From Eledone cirrhosa (Eukaryota): a stretch of 64,000 nt of DNA. The stretch spans positions 40,819-104,818 of the forward strand of contig CAXHJY010000636.1 in assembly GCA_964016885.1 (NCBI GenBank), written 5' to 3'. A program made the translations under genes and the position numbers. The notes beneath the pieces were generated by a model, which saw only the letters and a program-made list of their open reading frames with translations, searched no databases and was not told the DNA's origin. Shown in pieces: positions 14,257-26,570 of this stretch; the stretch's first letter is position 1; every line of letters begins with the position of its first letter.

Positions 14257-14279
14257 CGATTCTACGAAGCAGAGTTTCC

Positions 14280-14367
<88 letters not shown>

Positions 14368-14456
14368 TGATATATTTATCTTTACCGAGCCCTCTTTGTA
14401 TTTTAGTGTTCACATTTATTATTATTACTATATATATTATTATTATTACTATATAT

Positions 14457-14608
14457 TGAGATGTGAGAAAAACCACAGACCCTCCATCTCAACTCACCTT
14501 TTGAAAAGCAGAAGAACTGCGAAACCGGTAAAGGAACCAAAAAAAATATATATTTAAAAAAAAAATAAGACTCCAGTTGCATTTTCGATTTCATCTCTTT
14601 TTCTTTAT
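14457..14608 (+). mobile_element. Family G element, single arm
   Basis: agatgtgagaaaaaccacagaccctccatctc...gaaaccggtaaaggaaccaa...ttttcgatttcatctc matches 38626-38771 and 48430-48565. Confidence 0.85.
14497..14534 (+). ncRNA. Minimal hammerhead with U3-A8 variant core (family G)
   Basis: cctt-TTGAAAA-gcag aagaa ctgc-GAAA-ccgg-TA-aagg. Stems I and II are perfect, stem III ACCGGT is palindromic and the triplet is GUA. Confidence 0.75.
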
Positions 14609-14621
14609 ATATATATATATA

Positions 14622-14837
14622 TAGTTATGTAATAAACAACATAAGATTATTATTTCATTTACCGGTGGTTTCTTGAAAGCAAATAAATCTGCTTTCAGTC
14701 GTCAGAATGGATAAAACCATGTTTTAGAAACCACTGGTAAATAAAATAATTATCTTATGTTGTTTAGTACATAACTAATAAGCTCTGTAACCAACATAGA
14801 CCACTCCTTCTTCCTGTACCTTTCCGACGGAATTACT
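14622..14837. mobile_element. Fold-back element (family D-related) within (TA)n
   Basis: tagttatgtaataaacaacataagat...accggtggtttct is inverted against agaaaccactggt...atcttatgttgtttagtacataacta. The tail agctctgtaaccaacatagaccactc...acggaattac resembles 48209-48260. Confidence 0.8.
14656..14709 (-). ncRNA. Type I hammerhead ribozyme
   Basis: Minus strand: catt-CTGACGA-c tgaaagca gatttatt tgctttca a-GAAA-cc acc gg-TA-aatg. Stem II is 8 bp and the triplet is GUA. Confidence 0.8.
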
Positions 14838-14845
14838 TCATTTAC

Positions 14846-14886
<41 letters not shown>

Positions 14887-14888
<2 letters not shown>

Positions 14889-15075
14889 AACAAGTATGAC
14901 CCCGACGGCAGAGCTCAAGCCGTTTCGACGGCTAATTCTGAGTCCATAATTAGCCGCCGAAACGGCTTGAGCTCTGCCGTCGGGGTCATACTTGTTCTTA
15001 TTACCCACTCTACTACCCTAAGTATTGAGTACTTTGGTGCGTTATGGTCCACCTGGTTCCTTGCCACATTTCCTT

Positions 15076-15078
<3 letters not shown>
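14887..15078 (+). mobile_element. Family A fold-back element
   Basis: About 54-bp inverted arms (ggaacaagtatgaccccgacggcagagctcaagccgtttcg / cgaaacggcttgagctctgccgtcggggtcatacttgttc) plus an 80-bp tail, with (TA)n on both sides. Confidence 0.9.
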
Positions 15079-15135
<57 letters not shown>

Positions 15136-15276
15136 ATATATAAGTAAAGATATGCATATGCTATAGGCGTTCTTTGTTATTTATTATATCACTGCTCTGT
15201 CCTCAGACATCGAGCTAACCTTATACTGCCTGCTGGATAAGTGGAGTGTTATACAACCCTGATCCTCTCCCTAGTA

Positions 15277-15310
<34 letters not shown>

Positions 15311-15427
15311 TGTGCGTGTGTGTATGTGTGTGTGTGTGTGTGGTGAGTGGTGTGTGTGTGCATTTCCGTTCCTTCCTCTTCTCTTTCTTTCATCTTTATC
15401 ATTCTATGGCTTCCTTTCATTACTCCT

Positions 15428-15462
15428 TCTTCTGATGACGGACTAATGTCCGAAATCTTAAC
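15428..15462 (+). ncRNA. Degenerate minimal hammerhead (family F)
   Basis: CTGATGA(15432)-c-ggac taat gtcc-GAAA-tctta. Stem II matches the copy at 12790, while stems I and III are poor. Confidence 0.45.
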
Positions 15463-15562
15463 ATCTTTTCCTACCATAACAAGTGTTAAACTAATATATA
15501 TAACTTTGTAGTGTATTCTTTGCTTTGTGGTTTCTGTGATACATATATACATACACATATAT

Positions 15563-15673
<111 letters not shown>

Positions 15674-15849
15674 TGTGTGTGTGTGTGGGTGTGTATATAT
15701 ATGTGTATATATATGAGTGTATATATGTTGTTAGGGTTGGCTGTTGTTCCAAAGTTATTAAAATAATATAAATTGTGTTCGTTGGACATATGCCAATATA
15801 TATACACTCGTGTATGTATATATATGTATATATATATACGCATACACAT

Positions 15850-15994
<145 letters not shown>

Positions 15995-16550
15995 CGTATA
16001 TATATATATACACACAAACATATGACTAGATAAATATGTGTGAACGTGTGTATATTATTATACATCATAAGGGTGTATTTTTGAATATATATACAGGTCT
16101 GTTAAAAAAAAGCCGGAAGGAATGTATATATGTCTATATAGGTTGTGTTATTTTAAGGGCAGCAGCTTTAGAAACATACAGGACCGGAGCTTACATTAAG
16201 GTAAACCTGGGCGCGAACTTCAGAGAAGTGTGTTGTGTTGCATGCATGCATGTTCGCGCAACACCTGATGAAGTCGTAATGGAGCTGTGATTTACATACA
16301 GCGTCTTCCAGGGCATTTATTAAAACCTCGCGAAACCCATCTATGTCCTTTCCATGTCCGAACACTGGAGATTCCTTCCACAGAAGGATAGATCTCACGA
16401 GGGAGTGTAGTGGCACCTTGTTTAACATACAGGGTTTTTCCGGGGCTTTTATTTAAACCTAGTGGAGTCCATCTATTTGATCTCTCTGTCTAAACACTGC
16501 AGATTTCTACCAGAAAAGGGTAGATAGTGAGAGAATGGATACGTGTGTGT

Positions 16551-16602
<52 letters not shown>

Positions 16603-16703
16603 ATTTACCCCAGGTTTAAACCTGGTGGAGCCCATCTATCTTTTCTGTGTGTCTATATATATATATGTATATATATATACATATGTATATATATATATAT
16701 ATG

Positions 16704-16774
<71 letters not shown>

Positions 16775-16792
16775 GTATATATATATACATAT

Positions 16793-16911
<119 letters not shown>

Positions 16912-16912
16912 C

Positions 16913-16945
<33 letters not shown>

Positions 16946-16958
16946 CATATATATATAC

Positions 16959-16989
<31 letters not shown>

Positions 16990-17074
16990 CATATACATAT
17001 ATATATATACATATATATACATATATATATATACATATACATATATATATATACATATATAAATATATATATAC

Positions 17075-17121
<47 letters not shown>

Positions 17122-17138
17122 CATATACATATATATAC

Positions 17139-17170
<32 letters not shown>

Positions 17171-17188
17171 ACATATATATATATATAT

Positions 17189-17228
<40 letters not shown>

Positions 17229-17349
17229 TCAGCTTTATACACCCAGCCCCAACACACAGCCACCCTCCCCACCAGCCACAGTTTGCTGTGAAGCAAATAA
17301 ACCTGGAAGGTAGATTCAGGAAGATGAAAGGAAAAAAAGGTGAGCAAAT

Positions 17350-18400
17350 GGCGGCGGCGGCGGTGGTGGTGGTAGTGGTGGTGGCGGTGGTGGTGGTGGT
17401 AGTGGTGGTGGTGGTGGAGGTAGTGGTGGTGGTAGTGGTGGTAGTGGTAGTGATAGTGGTGGTGGTGGTGGTGGTGGTGGTGGTGGTGGTATTGGTGGTG
17501 GTGGTGGTGGAGGTAGTGGTGGTGGTAGTGGTGGTAGTGGTAGTGATAGTGGTGGTGGTGGTGGTAGTATTGGTGATAGTGGTGGTGGTGGTGGTGGTAG
17601 TGGTAGTGATAGTGGTGGTGGTGGTGGTGGTAGTGGTAGTGATAGTGGTGGTGTTGGTGGTGGTGGTGGTGTTGGTGGTGGTGATGATGTTGGTGGTGGT
17701 AGTGGTGGTAGTAGTAGTGATGGTGGTGGTGGTGGTGGTAGTGGTGATAGTGGTGGTGGTGGTGGTGGTATTGGTGGTGGTCGTGGTGATGGTAATAGTG
17801 GTAGTAGTGTTGGTGGTGTTGGTGGTGGTGGTGGTGTTGGTGGTGGTGGTGGTGTTGGTGGTGGTGATAGTGGTGATGATGTTGGTGGTGGTAGTGGTGG
17901 TGGTGGTGGTGATAGTAGTAGCGATGGTGGTGGTGGTAGTAGTGATGGTGGTGGTAGTAGTAGTGATGGTGGTGGTGGTAGTAGTGATGGTGGTGGTAGT
18001 AGTAGTGATGGTGGTGGTGGTGCTCGTGGTGGTGGTGGTGATGGTGATAGTGGTAATAGTGTTGGTGGTGTTGGTGGTAGTAGTGTTGGTGGTGTTGGTG
18101 GTGGTGATAGTGGAGATGATGGTGGTGGTGGTAGTAGTAGTAGTGGTGGTGGTGGTGGTAGTAGTGTTCGTTGTGGTGGATGTAGTGGTGTTGGTGGTGG
18201 TGCTCGTGGTGGTAGTGGTGGGATAGCGATGTTGTGGTTGAGGTGGTAATGGTGGTGGTGGTGGTGGTGGCAGTAATGGTGATGAAGGGGGCCAGGGTGG
18301 AGAGGCGGTGGGTGATGCACACAGGAAACCACGTGATGACAGGATGATGAAGGCTGGCTGTGTTATCTCTGCCCCTGCATCTACATTTTTTTACTGGTGC

Positions 18401-18452
<52 letters not shown>

Positions 18453-18489
18453 GCAGTTGTTGTTGTTGGTGGTGGTGATGGTGTTGTTG

Positions 18490-18521
<32 letters not shown>

Positions 18522-18965
18522 GGTGGTGGTGGTGGTGATGTGGTGTTGTTGTTGCAGTTTTTGTTGTTGTTGTTGGTGTTGTTAGTGTTGTTGTTGTTGC
18601 AGTTGTTGTTGTTGTTGCAGTTGTTGTTGTTGTTGTTGTTGGTGGTGTTGTTGTTGCTGTTGTTGTTGGTGGTGGTGGTGGTGTTGTTAGTGTTGTTGTT
18701 GTTGCAGTTGTTGTTGTTGTTGTTGGTGGTGGTGTTGTTGTTGCTGTTGTTGTTGGTGGTGGTGGTGGTGGTGTTGTTGTTGATGTTAGTGTTGGTGATG
18801 TTGGTGATGTGGTGTTGTTAGGGTTGCTGTTGTTGGTCTTGTCGGTGTTGTTAGTGTTGGTGTTGTTGTTAGTGGTGTTGTTGGTGGTGGTGGTGTTACT
18901 GGTGGTCGTGTTGTTATTGTTGTCGTTGGTGTTGTAGTTAGTGGTGGTGTTGGTATAGTTGTTGT
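17350..18965. repeat. Compound trinucleotide microsatellites (GGT/AGT/GTT)n
   Basis: Direct reading. Source of the poly-V/H/P/T/L ORFs. A short unique spacer lies at about 18280-18398. Confidence 0.95.
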
Positions 18966-19004
18966 TAGAGGGCACTCAGTAGAAAGTGAGTTCCAACATT
19001 GATT

Positions 19005-19129
19005 GGGGAGTTAATCCTGCGATAGACCGTCGTCTTATCCAGGGGGAAGTCTTGTACTCTCAGTCACTTAATACCAAGGAAACCTCGGATAAGCACCAAC
19101 CTGATGAGCCTTTACTTAAGAACAGATGT

Positions 19130-19132
<3 letters not shown>
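19005..19132 (+). mobile_element. SINE fragment with Meta/V-domain-like core
   Basis: cctgcgatagaccgtcgtcttatccagggggaagt..tactctcagtcacttaataccaaggaaacc..ggataagcaccaacctgatgagcc resembles the MetaSINE core (from memory, not aligned). Confidence 0.6.
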
Positions 19133-19175
<43 letters not shown>

Positions 19176-19178
<3 letters not shown>

Positions 19179-19238
19179 TCTTTTACTCTTTTACCTGTTC
19201 CAGCCATCCGGCTGAGGCTATGCTGGGGCACCGCCCTT
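19176..19238 (-). mobile_element. 3' tail fragment of a second octopod-type SINE
   Basis: tactcttttactcttttacctgttccagccat...gctatgctggggcaccgcc resembles an abundant Octopus SINE tail (from memory). Confidence 0.6.
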
Positions 19239-19253
19239 ATATATATATATATA

Positions 19254-19443
19254 GGAAAAAGTATGACCCCGACGGCAGAGCTCAAGCCGTTTCGACGGCT
19301 ATTTCTGGACTGAAATAGCCGTCGAAACGGCTTAAGCTCTGCCGCCGGGGTCATACTTTTTCCTATTACCCACTCTACTACCCTAAGTATTGAGTACTCT
19401 GCTGCGTTATGGTCCATTTGGTTCCTTACCACACTGTCTTCGT
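19254..19443 (+). mobile_element. Family A fold-back element
   Basis: Arms ggaaaaagtatgacccc... / ...ggggtcatactttttcc, then the family tail, with (TA)n flanks. Confidence 0.9.
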
Positions 19444-19467
19444 TATATATAAAACTGATCTATATTA

Positions 19468-19532
19468 AATTTTATCTGATGAAAGCGCACCATAATTTGC
19501 TTTGGTGTCCTTGAAATATGTATAATGAAATA
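19468..19532 (+). ncRNA. Type I hammerhead ribozyme (family C) within element 19455-19665
   Basis: attttat-CTGATGA(19476)-aag c gcacca/tggtgt c ctt-GAAA(19513)-tatgta-TA-atgaaat. Shows compensatory changes relative to the copy at 13904. Confidence 0.87.
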
Positions 19533-19666
19533 AATATGGTTTTATAAATGTAGTTTCCATTTGTTAATATATTGCATTTTTACTCCAAAAATTTGTTGTT
19601 GAGTGCTTTATTATCAGTTATAAAAATATTTGCTTGTTGTATCCCAACAATTTAAATATAACCTCT

Positions 19667-19727
<61 letters not shown>

Positions 19728-19730
<3 letters not shown>

Positions 19731-19906
19731 TTCTACTATTGACACAAGGCCAGCAATTACCCCATTGTATTACTGGTACTTTATTATTTTATCGACCCCG
19801 TAAGGATGAGATGAAAGGCAAAGTTAACCTCGGTGGGATTTGAACTACGACAGCAAAGGGCCGTAACTCAATGCTGCAAAGTATAGCGTCTGACCTTCTA
19901 CCGATA
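19728..19906 (-). mobile_element. tRNA-derived SINE
   Basis: Same tail, core and B box as the other copies. Confidence 0.88.
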
Positions 19907-19934
19907 ATGAAAGCAGTAAATTATTTTACTCTGT

Positions 19935-20024
19935 TGACTTTGCCTTTCATCCTTACGGGGTCGATAAAATAAAGTACCAGTAATGCACTGGGTAATTGCT
20001 GGCCTTGTGCCTAAAGTAGAAACA
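19935..20024 (+). mobile_element. 5'-truncated SINE with 20-bp TSD
   Basis: agtaaattattttactctgt at 19915-19934 and 20025-20044 brackets tgactttgcctttcatccttacggggtcgat...gtagaaaca. Confidence 0.92.
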
Positions 20025-20118
20025 AGTAAATTATTTTACTCTGTACTAATAATAATTATTTGCTACATACATATATATTGAAGCTCTCTTCGAATTTCCG
20101 TCTTTGTATTTATCATTA

Positions 20119-20197
<79 letters not shown>

Positions 20198-20309
20198 TGT
20201 GTGTGTGTTTGTTTGTTTGTTTGTTTGGTTGTGTGTGTGTGTACGTACATATATTTATGCATATATATATACATCTAAATATGCTGCTTGAGATAAACCA
20301 GCGCATTAT

Positions 20310-20377
<68 letters not shown>

Positions 20378-20435
20378 GTATATATATATATATATGTATA
20401 TATGTATATATATATTATATATATACATAAATGTA

Positions 20436-20503
<68 letters not shown>

Positions 20504-20815
20504 CGTATGTTGCGTATAAATCTAAGTATATACAGCAACAAGTGTTTACTTCAATGGGGAAGTCTGCAATATGTCATAATTCAGAGCTGTATATATATAT
20601 ATATATATACATACATACATACATACATACATACATACATACATACATACACATATATATATATATTTCGTACTTATACAAGATGGCGGAGCATTAATCT
20701 TTCGCCTTTTGACTTTTTAGAGATTTTCACGTCGAAATGTCTGCCACGGGCCACCATGGGATATAGAGCTCGTAAATCAATCATTGAGGCAGCAAAATAG
20801 CAATAAAAATGTATA

Positions 20816-20976
<161 letters not shown>

Positions 20977-21087
20977 ATATATATACATAATCTATACGTG
21001 TACATATACAATTATGTGTGTGTATATATATATAGAGAGAGAGATATATAGATATATATACAAACACATAAACACAGACATGTACAG

Positions 21088-21134
<47 letters not shown>

Positions 21135-21452
21135 CGCATATACATAATACAAACATAGGCACATATATATATTTACATACACACACACATATGCATATAT
21201 ACGTACACACATACACATAGATACGTATATACATACAGACATACATATATATGCATACATGCATATACATCCACACATCCATACTTACACACATACACAT
21301 CCATACATATATACATACATACGCACGTACACATATACATCCATTACATATATACATAAAGTACATACACACACACACATACATATATACATACATTCAC
21401 ACATACATATATATATACATACATACACACATAGGTAAAGAGCCCGACACAT

Positions 21453-21485
<33 letters not shown>

Positions 21486-21866
21486 CATATATAAACATAT
21501 ACTTACATACACACATAGGTAAAGAGCTCGACATATATATATATATATACATACATACATATATTTATATATATATATATACACATACATACATATATAT
21601 ATATATACACACACACACACATATACATATATATATTTATATACATATACAAACATATACATACATACACACATAGGTAAAGAGCAGGACATAAATATAT
21701 ATATACATACATATATATATATATACACACATACATACATATATATACACACACACATACACAAACACACACACATATATATATATACATATACATACAT
21801 ACACATATAGGTAAAGAGCAGGACATAAATATATATATATATACATACACACACATACATACACAT

Positions 21867-22016
<150 letters not shown>

Positions 22017-22176
22017 GAATAATTCAACATATAACAAGGCAAAATGTGATAATTAAGACAACCATAAAAACCACATAGAATCATAAAGATATCATTTTAT
22101 GCCTGTTTGTGTAAAGCGGATTACATGATACGATGTGTATATAAATAGTCTGCCATATTAATATATATTACATGCA

Positions 22177-22250
<74 letters not shown>

Positions 22251-22256
22251 CACACA

Positions 22257-22341
22257 TATTGCGTCGTCAAGTATGAAATTTGTAGATCTTTGTAGAAAAA
22301 ACAACACATTTCTACAAATTTAGATACTTGACGACCCAACA
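22257..22341. mobile_element. Mariner-type MITE, about 85 bp
   Basis: TIRs tattgcgtcgtcaagtat / atacttgacgacccaaca, with inner aaatttgtaga/tctacaaattt. Confidence 0.7.
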
Positions 22342-22366
22342 AATAAATACATATATACATATATAC

Positions 22367-22400
<34 letters not shown>

Positions 22401-22450
22401 ACATACATACATATATATACATACATACATATATATATACATACATATAC

Positions 22451-22483
<33 letters not shown>

Positions 22484-22628
22484 CATACATACATATATAC
22501 ATATATACATACACATAGATATATGCATATATGATATGATGAGTGTATAAATAGTCTCTCGTATTAATATATATTACACACACACATACATACATATATA
22601 CATATATATATACATATATACATATATA

Positions 22629-22722
22629 TATTGGGTCGACAAGTATGAAATTTGTAGGAATTTCCTTTTTCTCTTGAAATTTCTACAAATTGACGACCTA
22701 ATTTCTACTTGACGACCTAATA
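22629..22722. mobile_element. Mariner-type MITE, second copy
   Basis: tattgggtcgacaagta...tacttgacgacctaata with TA ends. It is part of a local duplication with 22125-22345. Confidence 0.72.
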
Positions 22723-22753
22723 CATACAGACATATACACACATCATATGTATG

Positions 22754-22833
<80 letters not shown>

Positions 22834-22925
22834 CATATATATATGTAGATATATATGCGTGTTTTTGTGTGTGTGTATACAACCACGCTGAACAACACCG
22901 GGTTATTAAAAATTAACAAAGATTG

Positions 22926-23010
<85 letters not shown>

Positions 23011-23293
23011 TGCGTCCGTGTGTGTGTGTGCGTGCGTGCGTGTGTGTCATGAGGTCAGAGTCAGCACCCGAAACACATCAAAACAAACATCCCCATACTG
23101 TATAATACATACTAGGCCAGGCTCGACGTCTCTGGCCTCTGGCCTTCATCTCTATAACATAACCTTTCTTTTGAATTCTCATATTTACATATTCACACAT
23201 GTGTTCTCTTTCATGTTGGTATAATTGTTGTCGTGGTTGTTGTTGAGTAACACTAGCAAACAAAGTATTGACCGTGCGTGTATACATTATATA

Positions 23294-23329
<36 letters not shown>

Positions 23330-23412
23330 TATATAATGAAAACACTAGAAAATAAAAATTTACCGTGCGTGTATACATTAAATATGCATATACATTATAT
23401 ATACATTTTATA

Positions 23413-23507
<95 letters not shown>

Positions 23508-23615
23508 GCAAAGTGCGGGAGAGGTTTGAGAGATAATATAATGAGACATACATAATAAACAATTTAAGGTTATAGTTCATTTTTACGAGGGAGTATATAT
23601 ATGTACTTACACCCA

Positions 23616-24324
23616 TGCGTTTCTATTGTCCTAATAACTTATTTTAGTTATTATCGCTCCAACGTGAGGTATGTGATTTTTAATGCGATGAAATACCCAT
23701 GATCGTTGGCAAATCACTGATGAGGGACTCATTTTATAACATGTTATCCATGTGCAACCAGCAGTATTCTTCTCACCCATATTTTTCATATATTTACCCA
23801 AACTGCAATTCTGTGTTTCTCTCTCTTTCTCTCTTACTGCTCCCTCGTTCTCTTTGTTTCTCTTACTTTCTTTCGTCCCCTCTGCCATGTCAGTTAACTC
23901 TTTCTCTCTACTGACCTCTTCCTCGCACTCCCACTCACTCAGTCCCTGTTTCTCCCCTTCTTTCTTCCTCCCGTTCGCTGGGAAAACGGTTTTCATTCTT
24001 TCTAACACCGGATTCACTAGCGAAAGGTTTGTTTTCTGACTCGCTCATATATTCACACAGCTTATGCTGAAAGAATAACTATGTTGCTTGTGTTTATTTC
24101 CATCTTCGGTTAGCTTCCTCCTGTGTTGTTTACTTGTCTCACTCGCTTTACGCGTTTCTATTGTCCTAATAACTTATTTTAGTTATTATCGCTCCAACGT
24201 GAGGTATATGATTTTTAATGCGATGAAATACCCATGATCGTTTGGTAAATCACTGATGAGGGACTCATTTTATAACATGTTATCCATGTGCAACCAGCAG
24301 TATTCTTCTCACCCATATTTTTCA
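23616..24324. mobile_element. 709-bp element bounded by about 172-bp direct repeats (TG...CA)
   Basis: 23617-23788 and 24152-24324 are nearly identical. The internal 360 bp is pyrimidine-rich on the plus strand. No PBS or PPT was recognised. Confidence 0.6.
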
Positions 24325-24396
24325 TATATATATATATATATATATATATCAAGCATAGCTTTATACAATATGTATAAGAATTTCGTATCTCCATAC

Positions 24397-24460
<64 letters not shown>

Positions 24461-24522
24461 TATATACCTATATATATATATATATACCTATATATATATA
24501 TATACCTATATATATATATATA

Positions 24523-24610
<88 letters not shown>

Positions 24611-24770
24611 CCTATATATATATATACCTATATATATATATACCTATATATATATACCTATATATATATATACCTATACCTATATATATATACCTATATA
24701 TATATACATACCTATATATATATATATATACCTATATATATATATATATATATACCTATATATATATATA

Positions 24771-24899
<129 letters not shown>

Positions 24900-24904
24900 A
24901 TATA

Positions 24905-24980
<76 letters not shown>

Positions 24981-24981
<1 letters not shown>

Positions 24982-25184
24982 CGAAGGAAATGTGGTAAGG
25001 AACCAGGTGGACCATAACGCACCAAAGTACTGAATACCTAAGGTAGTAGAGTGGGTAATAGGAACAAGTAGGACCCCGACGGCTGAGCTCAAGCCGTTTC
25101 GACGGTTAATTCTGGACGCTAATTGAGTCCAGAATTAACCGTCGAAACGGTCTGAGCTCAGCCGTCGGGGTCCTACTTATTCCC
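24981..25184 (-). mobile_element. Family A fold-back element
   Basis: Tail 24981-25058, then arms ggaacaagtaggaccccgacggctgagc...gacggttaattctggac / gtccagaattaaccgtc...ggggtcctacttattcc. Confidence 0.9.
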
Positions 25185-25217
25185 ATATATGTATATATGT
25201 ATATATATATATATATG

Positions 25218-25655
25218 TGCATGCTACTGTACGTCTGTATACATATATGTATGTACGTATACACACATACTTACATTTAAGTAAGTGCCGTACTAAGAGT
25301 GAGAAGTGAAATTTCGTTTTCATTTTATTTCAACTTATCGTTTTCGGTATGCCTGACCGACTTAACTCACTCGATATGCAAATTAGGCTGCTCAGCCGTT
25401 AATTTTCATAAGGAAAGTATATACTTTCGAACGTTCAACTATCTGGCAGAAGGGTATACGGTGCTGATGATAGCTAACAAGCTTGAAACTAGTACATCGT
25501 TCCTGTGTCAGTGTTGAACGAAAAGCTGACGTGGTTGCCTTAACACTGTACGGCATAAAATTCAGGCTGTTCAGTTTGTTTACAAACGAACAAAGCGGCG
25601 TTATAATAAGCGTCCGCTAAACTGATACGTGCATATATGTATGTGTACCTGTATG

Positions 25656-25711
<56 letters not shown>

Positions 25712-25767
25712 TGCTACTGTACGTCTGTATACATATATGTATGTACGTATACACACATACTTACATA
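25218..25767 (+). mobile_element. Retrozyme-like unit (family H), 490-bp period with terminal direct repeat
   Basis: tgcatgctactgtacgtctgtatacatatatgtatgtacgtatacacacatacttacat occurs at 25218 and 25708, with a single HHR between them. Confidence 0.6.
25458..25500 (+). ncRNA. Minimal type I hammerhead ribozyme (family H)
   Basis: acggtg-CTGATGA(25464)-t agct aaca agct t-GAAA(25485)-ctag-TA-catcgt. Stem I is 6 bp, stem III ACTAGT is palindromic and the triplet is GUA. Confidence 0.87.
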
Positions 25768-25775
25768 TATATATT

Positions 25776-25816
<41 letters not shown>

Positions 25817-26149
25817 TGGAGTCGGTGGCAGAGTAATGGTGGTGATGGTTGTGTGGTAGCTTTAGTACTACACGTCAAGGCTACATCTGTGAAATTCAGG
25901 GCCGCTTACTCTATAATACCAGATGAAATACTGTCCCCGTATTTCAAATGTCCAACCTTGCCTTGCTCAATCTCCCTCAGAATTCCGTCATGCGTACACG
26001 TGTATGTGGAAATCTGTGTCCGTAGAATTGTCATCTAGTTTGAGTGAACTTGTTGCGAACAATGGGACCACTGCTCGTTGATACCGACGAAGATCCATTT
26101 CTATTTGTTTGTTTTTTTTTTGTTTTTTTACATTTTTTAAAAACATTTT

Positions 26150-26440
26150 CAAGGGTGATGGTCATTTCCTGCAAGAAGGAGCGGCGTCGTTTGTGTCGGG
26201 GCTGAGCGGCTGGCTATCATTGATTCCTTTCTCAACTCGCCCCGCTCCCCCCTTCCATGTCCCCGCCCCGCACCGCTCCCCCCCCCCCAGTTTCAAGTCC
26301 ACCCCCGTCTTTCCCTATCCCACCCTACCCCCACATCCTTCTTCCTTACATTCGTCCCTTCTCCACCACCCACTTTTATTTCAAGATGGCAGATTATAAG
26401 TTAAGATGGCGACACTGTCAATACTAGTGGCGCCATTTTA
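26150..26440. promoter_or_regulatory. GC/CpG-enriched island with YY1-like motifs, possible promoter or enhancer
   Basis: caagatggc (26382), aagatggcg (26403), cgccatttt (26431) and GC-box-like ccccgccc (about 26261). Motif evidence only. Confidence 0.3.
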
Positions 26441-26520
26441 GTTAAAATTTATCTCAATTACAAACAAGGATTCCAACGTCCTGTTGTTGTTGTTATTACT
26501 ATTGGTGGTGGTGGTGGTGG

Positions 26521-26570
<50 letters not shown>

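Noticed and set aside
19076-19112. ggaaacc...ctgatgagcc as a hammerhead
   Set aside because: It is better explained as part of the Meta-like SINE core, and the stems do not close.
23685-23735. gaaa...ctgatga in the 172-bp direct repeat as a type II hammerhead
   Set aside because: The conserved U16.1 is absent (taccca) and there is no stem II partner.
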